Shown here in pieces: positions 24,196 through 33,402 of a stretch of DNA of 48,655 nt. The notes below the pieces were generated by a model. That model did no database searches and was not told where the DNA came from. It was given only the letters and a program-made list of their open reading frames with translations. Made by a program: the position numbers and the translations under genes. Every line of letters starts with the position of its first letter. Position 1 is the stretch's first letter. The DNA is from Alphaproteobacteria bacterium (lineage in GTDB: Bacteria > Pseudomonadota > Alphaproteobacteria > Rs-D84), in assembly GCA_017617915.1 (NCBI GenBank), contig JAFZVH010000013.1, forward strand, positions 1 through 48,655, given 5' to 3'.

Positions 24196-24492
24196 TTAAT
24201 CCCCGTCCATAACCTTTGGAACCGCGAAATAGCCGCGTGATACGCCCGCCGAATCTGGCGAATTTGCCAAAACCGCATCACGAATACCGCCGTCGGTGAC
24301 AGCGTCCCCACGCAGGGGCAAGTCGTGTTCCGCAGGGCTAAGCATTGGTTCAACACCAGTTGTGTCGATTTTCTGTAATTTATCAATCCATTCGACAACG
24401 GAATCGATGTTCATTTGTTCCAGTTTTTCATCAGGAATATCAATTTGTATCAAATCTGCAAATTTGCGTAATTGTTGCTTGCTAAATGCCAT
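24196..24492 (-). CDS. gatC: Asp/Glu-tRNA amidotransferase subunit C
   Basis: LIQIDIPDEKLEQM...VEWIDKLQKIDTTGVEPM...LRGDAV; 98 aa. Confidence 0.9.
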   Translation of the reverse strand: MAFSKQQLRKFADLIQIDIPDEKLEQMNIDSVVEWIDKLQKIDTTGVEPMLSPAEHDLPLRGDAVTDGGIRDAVLANSPDSAGVSRGYFAVPKVMDGD

Positions 24493-24528
24493 TTTGAATC
24501 CTATATTTAGTGTAGAGGTGATTATACA

Positions 24529-24969
24529 ATGATTTTGCCAAATTTCAAGGGTTTTCCGAGTTCGCGCTTGCTGGGGGTCGATTGGGGCGCGCGGCGCACA
24601 GGTATTGCCGTTTCATTTGATGACGGAATGTTTGTTGCAACGCGGCCTGTGCTAAATATGGCAAAGTATAGCCACGCGGAATTGGCGGCGCAAATCGCCC
24701 AAATTGCGACGGATGAACGATGCGATGGAATCGTTGTTGGACTGCCTTTGCGTATGGATGGAACTGAATCCGACACAACGGCGATGGTGCGAGAATTTGT
24801 TGCAGTATTAGAAACCAAAACAAATTTACCCATAGCCATGATAGATGAAACATTATCATCAGATGCGGCATCGGAAAATATAAAGCGTGCCGATATCAAA
24901 GAAAAACTTGATTCCGCCGCGGCACGTGTGATATTGGAAAACGCAATCGCAATGATAAAACGGGCATAA
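24529..24969 (+). CDS. ruvX: YqgF/RuvX putative pre-16S rRNA nuclease
   Basis: LGVDWGARRTGIAVS...GIVVGLPLRMDGTES...SSDAASE. RBS GAGGTG. Confidence 0.9.
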   Translation: MILPNFKGFPSSRLLGVDWGARRTGIAVSFDDGMFVATRPVLNMAKYSHAELAAQIAQIATDERCDGIVVGLPLRMDGTESDTTAMVREFVAVLETKTNLPIAMIDETLSSDAASENIKRADIKEKLDSAAARVILENAIAMIKRA

Positions 24970-24974
24970 GTTTG

Positions 24975-26003
24975 TTATTCATCTTTATTAGGAATCTTGC
25001 CGTCGGCGGACAGCAATATTGCAATCCAGCGCGTAGAATCGAACTGTGCGGTAATAATAAATACCGCCACCAATAATGGAACGCTGAAAAACATTCCGGC
25101 CACGCCCCAGATTAAACCCCAAAATACAAGGTTTATAAGTATCGCAAGTGTTGACAGGTTCAATGTTTTACCCGTCAATTTAGGTTCCAAGATATTTCCA
25201 AAGATTATCTGCAAACCAATCAGGCCCAATGATATCAAAACAACCTGATTCAATGTTGCGCCCATTATTGCGGCAAACAATATTGGCATTGTGCAACCCA
25301 AAATTGCGCCGATTGTTGGAATATAACTTAAGATAAATATTGCAAATGCCCACACGCCTGCAAATTGCAATCCCAACATATACATCCAAAAATACGATAT
25401 CAAACCAGTTGCCGCCGACAGCCATGTTTTCATAAACAGATACTTTTTCATATTTGTATCTATGCTGTGGAATATATATTGCATCTTTTTGTTTTGTGCT
25501 TTGTTCGGAAACAGGTGCAACAGTTTGTCGTGAAACGTTCCTTGTTCAATAAACATAAATATCATATACACGATGATCATACCGGTCGATGTTGCAATTC
25601 GCGCAACGGACGCGCCAATACTGGACACAATCGTCGTGATATTTGGCAAGGCAATTGCGTTTACATCCAATCCAAATGTATTCGATATATAGTTCCACAG
25701 GTTGTTCAAACTGACCTGAATATCGGGCAGGGCCAGCATCAGTTCGGAAAACATTGGGCGAACGCGCGTTGCAAACACATATATCAAACCAATGAAAGTC
25801 AAAACAGCCAATACATTTGATAATATATTATATGCGGTGTGGCGCGGGCATTTTTTTTCACATATTGGGAACAGTTTGCGATAGTAGGTTGCGGTCGCGT
25901 TTATCAAATACCACAGAAAGGTCGCAATCAACAGTGGAATAAATATCGAACTGCCAATCCAAAGAATAAATATAAATGCTGCAAATAAAATAAGTCCGTT
26001 CAT
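24975..26003 (-). CDS. AI-2E family (UPF0118/PerM-like) transporter
   Basis: About 8 TM segments with the typical C-terminal ILEPKLTGKTLNLSTLAILINLVFWGLIWGVAGMFFSVPL. ATG 26003 is preceded by GGAGG. Confidence 0.75.
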   Translation of the reverse strand: MNGLILFAAFIFILWIGSSIFIPLLIATFLWYLINATATYYRKLFPICEKKCPRHTAYNILSNVLAVLTFIGLIYVFATRVRPMFSELMLALPDIQVSLNNLWNYISNTFGLDVNAIALPNITTIVSSIGASVARIATSTGMIIVYMIFMFIEQGTFHDKLLHLFPNKAQNKKMQYIFHSIDTNMKKYLFMKTWLSAATGLISYFWMYMLGLQFAGVWAFAIFILSYIPTIGAILGCTMPILFAAIMGATLNQVVLISLGLIGLQIIFGNILEPKLTGKTLNLSTLAILINLVFWGLIWGVAGMFFSVPLLVAVFIITAQFDSTRWIAILLSADGKIPNKDE

Positions 26004-26021
26004 GTGCGATACCTCCACAAA

Positions 26022-26702
26022 TTATTCTATCACAACTTGACCGTTTGACAAAGTGGTTATATCGGTTGGGGCAACCAATTCAGTGAAATGCGGTTGATGA
26101 CTGATAAACACAAATGTTGTATTCGGCATAGAGCTCATCGTTTGCGCGATTAGCGTTTGCAGTTCTGAATCTGCGCCGGAATCTGGTTCATCCAACAGTG
26201 CAAGTTTTGGCCTTGTCAAAATTAAACGCAACAGCATTAGTCTTTTTCTTTCGCCGCCCGAAAAGCCAACATTGACACAGCGGTTCAACCATTCGCGTGG
26301 AATGTTTAATTTTTCGCGCGCAGATTCCAACATTTCAAGAAATTTGCCCATTGGTAAATCTTGGCCTGTTTGAAAATGATGATGCGCCGCCAAAGAATGT
26401 TTCAGAAAACTGATAATCGTCAGACCTGGAATTTCGGGAACATTTTGTGCGCCCGTAAATATGCCGGCTAATGCCCGCGATGTAGCGTTTTCACCTGTGA
26501 TATCGCGGCCGTCAAAAATAATTTGTCCTGAATCTATTTTATAATCTGGGTTGCCTGCAATACTTGCCACCAATGTAGATTTGCCAGAACCATTATGCCC
26601 CGCCAGCAAATGACGCGCACCAGATTCCACCGACATATTTACATCGGTCAGTAATTTTTTGTCGCCAAATGATACAGACAAATTTTTTATTTCTAAAATC
26701 AT
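26022..26702 (-). CDS. sufC: Fe-S cluster assembly ATPase SufC
   Basis: Walker A GHNGSGKST, signature FSGGERKR, Walker B LALLDEPDSG and H-loop ISHQ; directly downstream of sufB. Confidence 0.85.
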   Translation of the reverse strand: MILEIKNLSVSFGDKKLLTDVNMSVESGARHLLAGHNGSGKSTLVASIAGNPDYKIDSGQIIFDGRDITGENATSRALAGIFTGAQNVPEIPGLTIISFLKHSLAAHHHFQTGQDLPMGKFLEMLESAREKLNIPREWLNRCVNVGFSGGERKRLMLLRLILTRPKLALLDEPDSGADSELQTLIAQTMSSMPNTTFVFISHQPHFTELVAPTDITTLSNGQVVIE

Positions 26703-26705
26703 TTT

Positions 26706-28046
26706 TTACTCCTTGGATGACAACGCCATTTGTATAAGTTGCTTTGATTCCACTAAAAATTCCATAGGCAGACGCGACAAAATCGGCGTTGCCATAGACC
26801 CAATAATTAGCGCGGTTGCCGCGTCTGTGTCAATTCCCGCCATATTCAGATAGTGCAGTTGCGTGGCGTCGATTGCGCCAGTTTTTGCCTCGTGCGTTTG
26901 GGTGTTATTGTCAGAATTTTCATAAACTATATCGGGCATGGCGTTTGCCACTGCGCGGTCGCCAATAATGCGTGTGTCGCACTTTGACGCGTTTTTGCCG
27001 CGCGCGCCCATAAATTTAACCAGACTGCGAAATGTTTGGTGTGACCAATCCAGTGCAACGCCATAAGAAACGATATTTGATATTGTGTCATTTCCAATAT
27101 GCAGCATCTTGGTTCCTGTATCAGATTGTTGGCCGTCGCGTGTAATGGTCAGGGAATAAAAATCACTGGCTGAACCATCGCCATATAAAATTGTCGAAGG
27201 ATATTTCCAAGTCATGGCAGAGCCAACTTCGAACTGGGTCCAATCCAGCCGCGCGTTTTCAAAACATTTTCCGCGCTTGGTTACAAAATTCAATATGCCA
27301 GTGTTGTTGTATTCGCCTTCGGCTGGGGCTGTGCCTGCATGCCAATTTTGAACTGTTGCATATTTTACATGTGCGCCCGCACAAACAACAATTTCAACGA
27401 CGCCACTGTGCAGTTGATGATTTGGGCGGCGCGGTGCGCTGCAACCTTCCATATAACTAAGTTTTGCGCCTGTGTCTGCAATAATTAGTGTGCGTTCAAA
27501 CTGTCCAATCTTGGCGGTTTCAATTCTGAAATAACTGGCAAGGTCAATTGGGCATTCTGTATTTGGTGGAATATATACGAATGTGCCATCAGAAAATACT
27601 GCGGAATTTAGTGCCGCAAAAAAATTGTCCGATGGCGGAACAACACTGCCCAAATATTTTTTGACTAAATCAGGATGCTGTTTTACCGCTTCGGAAAACG
27701 GCAAGAAAATAATGCCGCGCGCGGCCAATTCTGCCGTATAGGACGTGTGAACAGACGCACTGTCTATGACTGTATCGGTTGCCATACCCATCAGGGCGCG
27801 TTGTTCGTTTTCTGGTAATCCCATTTTTTCGTATGTTGCTTTCAAATCACTGTTATCAACCTTGGCGGGGTTATTATAATAATTCAAAGAATCATAATCT
27901 ATGGGCGCGTAATCTATTTCCGCCCAATGGGGTTCGGCCATTTTCTGCCACGCGTGCAAGGCATCAAGCCGCCAATTGGTCAGCCATTCAGGTTCACCCC
28001 GCAGGTGTGAAATTTCACGAACAAGATTTTCCGATGGTTTTTTCAT
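26706..28046 (-). CDS. sufB: Fe-S cluster assembly scaffold SufB
   Basis: The SufB/D beta-helix region (GAHVKYATVQNW...ILNFVTKRGKCFENARLDWTQFEVGSAMTWKYPSTILYGDGSASDFYSL) and FKGKNASKCD-like C-terminal blocks. Confidence 0.9.
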   Translation of the reverse strand: MKKPSENLVREISHLRGEPEWLTNWRLDALHAWQKMAEPHWAEIDYAPIDYDSLNYYNNPAKVDNSDLKATYEKMGLPENEQRALMGMATDTVIDSASVHTSYTAELAARGIIFLPFSEAVKQHPDLVKKYLGSVVPPSDNFFAALNSAVFSDGTFVYIPPNTECPIDLASYFRIETAKIGQFERTLIIADTGAKLSYMEGCSAPRRPNHQLHSGVVEIVVCAGAHVKYATVQNWHAGTAPAEGEYNNTGILNFVTKRGKCFENARLDWTQFEVGSAMTWKYPSTILYGDGSASDFYSLTITRDGQQSDTGTKMLHIGNDTISNIVSYGVALDWSHQTFRSLVKFMGARGKNASKCDTRIIGDRAVANAMPDIVYENSDNNTQTHEAKTGAIDATQLHYLNMAGIDTDAATALIIGSMATPILSRLPMEFLVESKQLIQMALSSKE

Positions 28047-28594
28047 TCAGTGCCTTTGTCATCGGTCGCCAGTTGGCGTGCCTGTGTAAAAAAGGTCAGT
28101 GATTGTCCCAGTAACCCGTTCATAAATGTCGCCGCCAAAATTCCATCTGGCTCAATGTTATTCATATGATTTAGCAGGTTATCTGCGCGCGCGATATAGT
28201 TCGATACATCACGACGGACTTCGGCATCCAGTTTTATTGCGCGCCGCAATTTTTCCATAACAAACGGATTTTTTGCATACTCGTCAAGCAACCCACCAAG
28301 CGTTCGCCACAAAGGGTGTTCGTTTGTATTGCGGGGCATAATATCCAGAGCCGCCAAAATAGGAATAAGGTTTTGCAACAGGTCTTGATAGATAACCTCG
28401 GCATGTTCGGCAACCGCATTGGTTGCAGATTTACTTTTGAGTATATTTTGAATTTTCACAATCAAATTATATTGCAAGGTCATATTTTTTTCTATTGCAT
28501 TCAGGTGGTGTCGCGCCACAATGACAATGCCCAATAATGTTCCACATACCAAAACAACGATACCTAGACAGACCGTAAATATAATGTAGTACAT
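28043..28594 (-). CDS. hypothetical membrane-anchored protein, translationally coupled to sufB
   Basis: One N-terminal TM segment (IIFTVCLGIVVLVCGTLLGIVIV) and a helical soluble part. ATGA overlap with the sufB start. Confidence 0.5.
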   Translation of the reverse strand: MYYIIFTVCLGIVVLVCGTLLGIVIVARHHLNAIEKNMTLQYNLIVKIQNILKSKSATNAVAEHAEVIYQDLLQNLIPILAALDIMPRNTNEHPLWRTLGGLLDEYAKNPFVMEKLRRAIKLDAEVRRDVSNYIARADNLLNHMNNIEPDGILAATFMNGLLGQSLTFFTQARQLATDDKGTE

Positions 28595-28689
28595 AGTTCT
28601 TTCCTTCGGTTGGTTGCTAAAAGTATAACATACTTTTTCCGATTCGCCCTAAATTTATAAAAAACATTTCATTATTTTGTTTTTAGGTC

Positions 28690-28718
28690 TTGCACAGATT
28701 CGGTCAAATTGGTATAAT
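28690..28718 (+). promoter_or_regulatory. near-consensus sigma70 promoter (TTGCAC-N17-TATAAT)
   Basis: TTGCAC at 28690-28695 and TATAAT at 28713-28718. RBS AAGGAAAGGAAGG precedes ATG 28761. Confidence 0.7.
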
Positions 28719-28760
28719 ACACAATGTAATTACAGAAAATACCAAGGAAAGGAAGGTTAT

Positions 28761-29750
28761 ATGTTCCGTAAGATTTTGATTATTGCAATGTTTGCAACCG
28801 CCGCAGGCTACTGCTTTGCGGCGACAACTCTGCCCCAGGTGGTTACTTCAGAGGTGTTTTACACAACGCGTCCGAATAATAATCAAAGGGTCTATGTCGC
28901 ACCGGATGAAGGTTTTTATGAAGATACCTATGCGGGCGATGAATACCAAATGCCTGCCCAGGATACAGGAATACCTGTTTGGCCGATTGCGGGTTCTGAT
29001 GCCGATGTGGTTGTTTCTTGCGATGGTAAAACAGAATGTGCCAAGGGCGATAAAGAAAACTTTAAGATTGTGTCCAAGATTGGCTCTGATTTAGTTGTAG
29101 AAAACAGCTTTAATATGCCGAACAACCCCGGTACAGGTTGGTCTGGGGGGGCAAATATGTTGCATGGGACCCAGATACCGGTTGGCTTTGATGATGAATG
29201 TGGGCGCGGTTCAGAAATGCCGTTGTTGCATCGTGAAGTACTGGAAGACGATGGTGGTAATGTTTTGGCGGTTTCACGTTCTGGTCGTGCCAAATGCGCA
29301 AAGTATGCAGATGGTTATGATGCGTATTTGGCCAAAAACGGTTTGACAGAAAAAAGCGCAAATGGTGGTATTGTCACAGGGGCAGGTGTCGTTTCTATGA
29401 ATGCTGATGGTACTATTAGTTTAACAAATGATATTATTGGTGAAACGGAAATATCTGTGGATATGGCTGAAGATATGACACCAAATATTCAGGACCAAGT
29501 TCGTTCTTGGGTTGTTGCAAATGGTCAAACTTTGCGTGAAGTATTACAGTCTTGGTGCGACAAAGAAGGATGGGATTTAGTTTGGGCAACATCGCGCGAA
29601 TATCCTATTCAGGCCAGTGCAGTATTCAAAGGACGTTTTGTCGATGTCGCGTCCGCTGTTGTTCGGAATTTTGGTCGTGCAATTCCTGTGCCGTATGCAA
29701 AGTTCTATAAAGGAAATCGCGTTTTGGTGGTTAGCACAACAGAAGAATAG
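28761..29750 (+). CDS. secreted protein with TcpQ/PilL-like C-terminal domain (putative secretin partner)
   Basis: Signal peptide MFRKILIIAMFATAAGYCFA. The C-terminus WVVANGQTLREVLQSWCDKEGWDLVWATSREYPIQASAVFKGRFVDVASAVVRNF matches the W.v..G.tL...L..W....GW.l.W.....i.....f.G.f..A pattern I associate with the TcpQ family. Confidence 0.55.
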   Translation: MFRKILIIAMFATAAGYCFAATTLPQVVTSEVFYTTRPNNNQRVYVAPDEGFYEDTYAGDEYQMPAQDTGIPVWPIAGSDADVVVSCDGKTECAKGDKENFKIVSKIGSDLVVENSFNMPNNPGTGWSGGANMLHGTQIPVGFDDECGRGSEMPLLHREVLEDDGGNVLAVSRSGRAKCAKYADGYDAYLAKNGLTEKSANGGIVTGAGVVSMNADGTISLTNDIIGETEISVDMAEDMTPNIQDQVRSWVVANGQTLREVLQSWCDKEGWDLVWATSREYPIQASAVFKGRFVDVASAVVRNFGRAIPVPYAKFYKGNRVLVVSTTEE

Positions 29751-29778
29751 TCAAACAAAATTCGTAGGAGATTGATAA

Positions 29779-31404
29779 ATGACAAAATGTATAAAATTTT
29801 TTACAGGAATCTTGGCGGCGGTTGTGATGCTTGGGTGCGCGTATCAAGATTCTGCCAAAGTTGCGGCGTCTGTTGACCAGGATTTTATCAATGTCTATGA
29901 TGCGTTTGAAATGGCGAAAAATCCGCGGGCCAAGGTTGCAAGTGCTGATACTGTTTCTATGTCCGAAGGCGTTTGGTTGGGTGATAAATCTATGTTGGTT
30001 GATCATAAAAATAATTTGCCAAAGCAATTTGAAACAGATTCCGGAATTACAATTTTATTAAACGAACCTGTGACATTACAGGTCTTGGCAAATAATATAA
30101 ATTCTATTACCCGTATTCCTGTGAAAATAGACAGCCAAGTTGCCAGCGAAAAACTTAAAAAGACAATGAATATTGCGTATACAGGAAAACTTTCTGGTTT
30201 GTTGTCGCAGGTTGCAACAGATTTGGATTTGCTGTGGTACTATGACAAAACAGCCATTGTGTTCTATGAAACAGAAACACGTACTTTTACATTGTATGCG
30301 CTGGGAACGGATGTGTCTTACCAGTCTTCGGTGCAAACAGATAATGGCAACCAAGTCTACTTGGAATCTACATTGAAAGAATGGGACGAAGTTGAAAGCA
30401 CAATAGCATCTATTATAGGGAAATCTGAAAATGCTAACTTTAATGTATCGCGCAGTTTGGGAACAATCACTGTAACGGCGCCACCATCGGTGTTGGCACG
30501 TGTTGGTGATTATATCGCGCGCCAGAACAAGCGCTTGTCTCAGTTGGTTACAATTGATGTTAAGGTCTTGCAGGTTTCTATTGCAAATGATTCTGCGTTT
30601 GGATTGAATTTGGCGGCGGCAATAAATTCTGCATCTGGCTTGAATATCGTTGCAAATCCAAAGAATAACTTGGCAACGACCGAAGCAAGTTCTATGAATA
30701 TTGCAGTTTTGTCTAATACGGTTTCCGCATTGACAGGTGCAACGCATATGGAAAACGGTTCCAGTGTTGCAGGCGCATACACCCAAGATCAGATTAACAA
30801 TGGTTCTTTGTCTGGCTTGGCGGGCAGTACGGCTTTAATTGAAGCGTTAGCAAAGCAGGGCAAAGTGTCTTTGGTTACGAATGTAGGTGTGACCACAAGA
30901 AATAATCGCGTAGCGCCGGTAAATAATACCAAGAGCACTGGTTATATTAAACGTTTCGAATCGCGCAATTTTACAACTGTGGAATCCAGTACGGTTGACC
31001 AAGATAATTTGGAAACGGGTTTTTCAATGCAGTTGTTGCCGAATATTTTGGAAAATGGCAAAATCTTGTTGCTGTTCAGAATGTCTGTTCGTGAATTGTT
31101 AAAGATGTCCAGTCAAACTATTGGCGAAGTGACATTGCAGTTGCCAGAGGTTGAAGAACGCAGCTTTATGCAGGAAGTCATTATGGAATCAGGGCAGATG
31201 TTGGTCGTATCAGGTTTTGAAAAGCAAACCAATAACGATACGCGTTACGGCCTTGGTGATCCAGACTTTATGTTGCTGTCTGGATCGCGTGAAACGGCAT
31301 CACAGCGCGATGTGTTGGTTGTTATACTGACACCACAGGTTTTGGTCAGCCCGATGGATGCGGAACGCGCAATTCAGCAGCATTGGGGTGCACCTTTAAA
31401 TTAA
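29779..31404 (+). CDS. lipoprotein secretin (PilN/TcpC/BfpB-like type IVb-pilus-type outer-membrane channel)
   Basis: Lipobox VMLGC, N-domains (GTITVTAPPSVLARVGDYIARQNKRLSQLVTIDVKVLQVSI) and a C-terminal secretin domain (GFSMQLLPNILENGKILLLFRMSV...LPEVEERSFMQEVIMESGQMLVVSGFE...RDVLVVILTPQVL). Confidence 0.8.
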   Translation: MTKCIKFFTGILAAVVMLGCAYQDSAKVAASVDQDFINVYDAFEMAKNPRAKVASADTVSMSEGVWLGDKSMLVDHKNNLPKQFETDSGITILLNEPVTLQVLANNINSITRIPVKIDSQVASEKLKKTMNIAYTGKLSGLLSQVATDLDLLWYYDKTAIVFYETETRTFTLYALGTDVSYQSSVQTDNGNQVYLESTLKEWDEVESTIASIIGKSENANFNVSRSLGTITVTAPPSVLARVGDYIARQNKRLSQLVTIDVKVLQVSIANDSAFGLNLAAAINSASGLNIVANPKNNLATTEASSMNIAVLSNTVSALTGATHMENGSSVAGAYTQDQINNGSLSGLAGSTALIEALAKQGKVSLVTNVGVTTRNNRVAPVNNTKSTGYIKRFESRNFTTVESSTVDQDNLETGFSMQLLPNILENGKILLLFRMSVRELLKMSSQTIGEVTLQLPEVEERSFMQEVIMESGQMLVVSGFEKQTNNDTRYGLGDPDFMLLSGSRETASQRDVLVVILTPQVLVSPMDAERAIQQHWGAPLN

Positions 31405-31452
31405 AGGAGTTATTATGAAAGAAATAGATTTCTAGTTTTTGATGCAACAAAA

Positions 31453-31480
31453 GGCGTGCAGATTTGCACGCCAATTTTTT
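31453..31480. terminator. bidirectional terminator (secretin gene / rpsT)
   Basis: ggcgtgca-gatt-tgcacgcc with a T-run on the + side and an A-run on the 5' side. Confidence 0.8.
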
Positions 31481-31495
31481 ATCTAAACAGATAAT

Positions 31496-31756
31496 TTAGG
31501 CCAATTTTGCCGCAGACTTGGCAAGACGAGAAACCTTGCGTGCGGCGCGTTTCTTAGGCATAACTTTGCCTGCAGCCTTCATCATTTTGCTTTCTGCACT
31601 GCGAACTGCAGCAACCGCCGCAGCCTTGTCGCCAGAAGCAATTGCCTTGATGGCCTTTTTATTTTCGGTTTTAACAGCACTGCGACGTGCGGTATTTACC
31701 GCATTCTTTCTTGCAGTGACCAAGATTCTTTTTTTAGATGATTTGTGGTTTGCCAC
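31496..31756 (-). CDS. rpsT: 30S ribosomal protein S20
   Basis: MANHKSSKKRILVTARKNAVNTARRS... Confidence 0.95.
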   Translation of the reverse strand: MANHKSSKKRILVTARKNAVNTARRSAVKTENKKAIKAIASGDKAAAVAAVRSAESKMMKAAGKVMPKKRAARKVSRLAKSAAKLA

Positions 31757-31829
31757 TTTATTTTCCTTTTATTTGTTTTTGTTTTCTGCTATTTTATAGA
31801 AAACAAACATAAAATCAAGGAAAATAATA

Positions 31830-32417
31830 ATGATATATATTTTTTGGTTACTAATTTCATATTTATTGGGCAGTGTGCCGTTTGGTTTACTGGTTACACG
31901 CATATCTGGTCGTGGTGATTTACGCAAGGTTGGCAGTGGTAATACTGGCGCAACCAATGTTATGCGCGTTGGGGGACTGCGTCTTGCGGGATTGGTTTGG
32001 ATTTTAGATATGGCCAAGGCGATTATTGCTGTTTTGGTTGGCGCGGCGCTTGGTGGCGAAGCCTTTGGTGCATGGTGCGGTTTTGTTGCAATTTTGGGGC
32101 ATATCTTTCCAGTATGGCTTGGATTTCATGGCGGTAAAGGTATTTCTTGTTTGTTTGGAATATTTTTGGCGGTAAATCCGCTTATGTTTGTGTTTTGTGG
32201 TATAGAATGGTTGTTGGTGGCTTTATCAAGTGGCTATTCTTCGTTGGGGGCGTTGGTGGTTTTAACTGTGGCACCCGTTTTAGGTTTTGCCCAGGGGTTT
32301 GATGTAGGTTTGGCGATGATTGCAATATCTGTGCTGTGCTTTTGGCGGCACAGGGATAATATTTTGCGATTGGCGGGTCGCACAGAATCCAAAATAGGAT
32401 GGAAATGGAAAAAATAG
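31830..32417 (+). CDS. plsY: glycerol-3-phosphate acyltransferase PlsY
   Basis: YLLGSVPFGLLV...GSGNTGATNVMR...HIFPVWLGFHGGKG. Confidence 0.95.
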   Translation: MIYIFWLLISYLLGSVPFGLLVTRISGRGDLRKVGSGNTGATNVMRVGGLRLAGLVWILDMAKAIIAVLVGAALGGEAFGAWCGFVAILGHIFPVWLGFHGGKGISCLFGIFLAVNPLMFVFCGIEWLLVALSSGYSSLGALVVLTVAPVLGFAQGFDVGLAMIAISVLCFWRHRDNILRLAGRTESKIGWKWKK

Positions 32418-32418
32418 T

Positions 32419-32446
32419 GGGCAAATTTGTTTGCCCTTTATTTTTG
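32419..32446 (+). terminator. rho-independent terminator after plsY
   Basis: gggcaaa-tttg-tttgccc followed by tttattttt. Confidence 0.75.
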
Positions 32447-32456
32447 GCGCTTTTTG

Positions 32457-32465
32457 TGATATAAT
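32457..32465 (+). promoter_or_regulatory. extended -10 TGATATAAT
   Basis: TTTTTGTGATATAAT at 32451-32465. AGGAG lies 7 nt before ATG 32490. Confidence 0.5.
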
Positions 32466-32489
32466 AATATGATAAGTAGGAGAACATTT

Positions 32490-33311
32490 ATGCGTCAAAT
32501 TGTTTTCTTGAGTTTTTTATTATTACCAGCGGTTTGCGTGGCGGCGGATAGGGACCCGCGTGTCGGATTTTACAGTGCACCCGCGGTTGAACGTGCGGCG
32601 GTTGCTTCAAAGAATCAGATTAGTATGCAACAACAAATAGTTTCTTTGGGTGATGCTATGTCACCAAGTGTAAAGCAAGAACCTGCGGCGGTTGCAATTA
32701 TTGCAGATGAAGTTAAACCTGGTAAAAAGAACACCCGCGATTCGGAACGTGCGGCGTGTCTGGCAAATAATATTGGGGTCGGTAATACTTTTGTTTGGGC
32801 TTCGCGGTACAGTGATACGAGTGGTTATGCCACTTTGTTAGAAGATACAACGAATCCAGATAACAATGTTTGTTTTGTAAAGGTTGATATCCGTTCAGAC
32901 GATTCGCGCATAGATACATCGGATTTGCCAAGTAAGTATTTTGAATGGGGCAAACTTATAGAGTGTGGTTCTTGGGTTGATGAAAATATGTTGCAAGACA
33001 GAATACTTGCCGCCAAAAAGAAAGGACGCACTTGGGCGACAATTGGTGGTGCGGTTGGCGGCGCAGCCGTTGGCGTTGGTTCTATGGAATTGTTCGGAAA
33101 TCGCTTGATAGACGGCAAGGTTATGGGGCAAAAGGATTCTTCACTTAGTCGCACTGAAATTTTGCGGTCACAAATGATGGATATGAAACGACACAATGAT
33201 CCACGCTATGATGAAATAAGGGGTTATTTGCAGGACCTTGGGAGAGCATGCAGTGGTTCGACCAATCCAAAATGCACAGAGTATGATTACAAACTGTTAT
33301 TGCAAATCTAA
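32490..33311 (+). CDS. hypothetical secreted protein with glycine-zipper hydrophobic segment
   Basis: Signal peptide MRQIVFLSFLLLPAVCVA, and the internal segment KGRTWATIGGAVGGAAVGVGSMELFG. No other motif. Confidence 0.55.
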   Translation: MRQIVFLSFLLLPAVCVAADRDPRVGFYSAPAVERAAVASKNQISMQQQIVSLGDAMSPSVKQEPAAVAIIADEVKPGKKNTRDSERAACLANNIGVGNTFVWASRYSDTSGYATLLEDTTNPDNNVCFVKVDIRSDDSRIDTSDLPSKYFEWGKLIECGSWVDENMLQDRILAAKKKGRTWATIGGAVGGAAVGVGSMELFGNRLIDGKVMGQKDSSLSRTEILRSQMMDMKRHNDPRYDEIRGYLQDLGRACSGSTNPKCTEYDYKLLLQI

Positions 33312-33341
33312 GTTTGTGCACTATATAGTAATTTGAAAAGG

Positions 33342-33364
33342 CACCCATCTGATGGGTGTTTTTT
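33342..33364 (+). terminator. rho-independent terminator
   Basis: cacccat-ctg-atgggtg followed by TTTTTT. It overlaps the track's 33352 start, which is therefore rejected. Confidence 0.8.
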
Positions 33365-33402
33365 CTTGCAGTTTAATAGGTAATAATCTTATAGTGTCTG
33401 CT

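Noticed and set aside
30076-30786. 236-aa minus-strand ORF
   Set aside because: It is antisense to the secretin gene, has a Cys/Arg-rich low-complexity translation and has no SD.
33352-33402. Upstream start for dprA at 33352
   Set aside because: That codon lies inside the terminator hairpin and T-run of the preceding gene. The MNDLFERLL start at 33403 is used instead.
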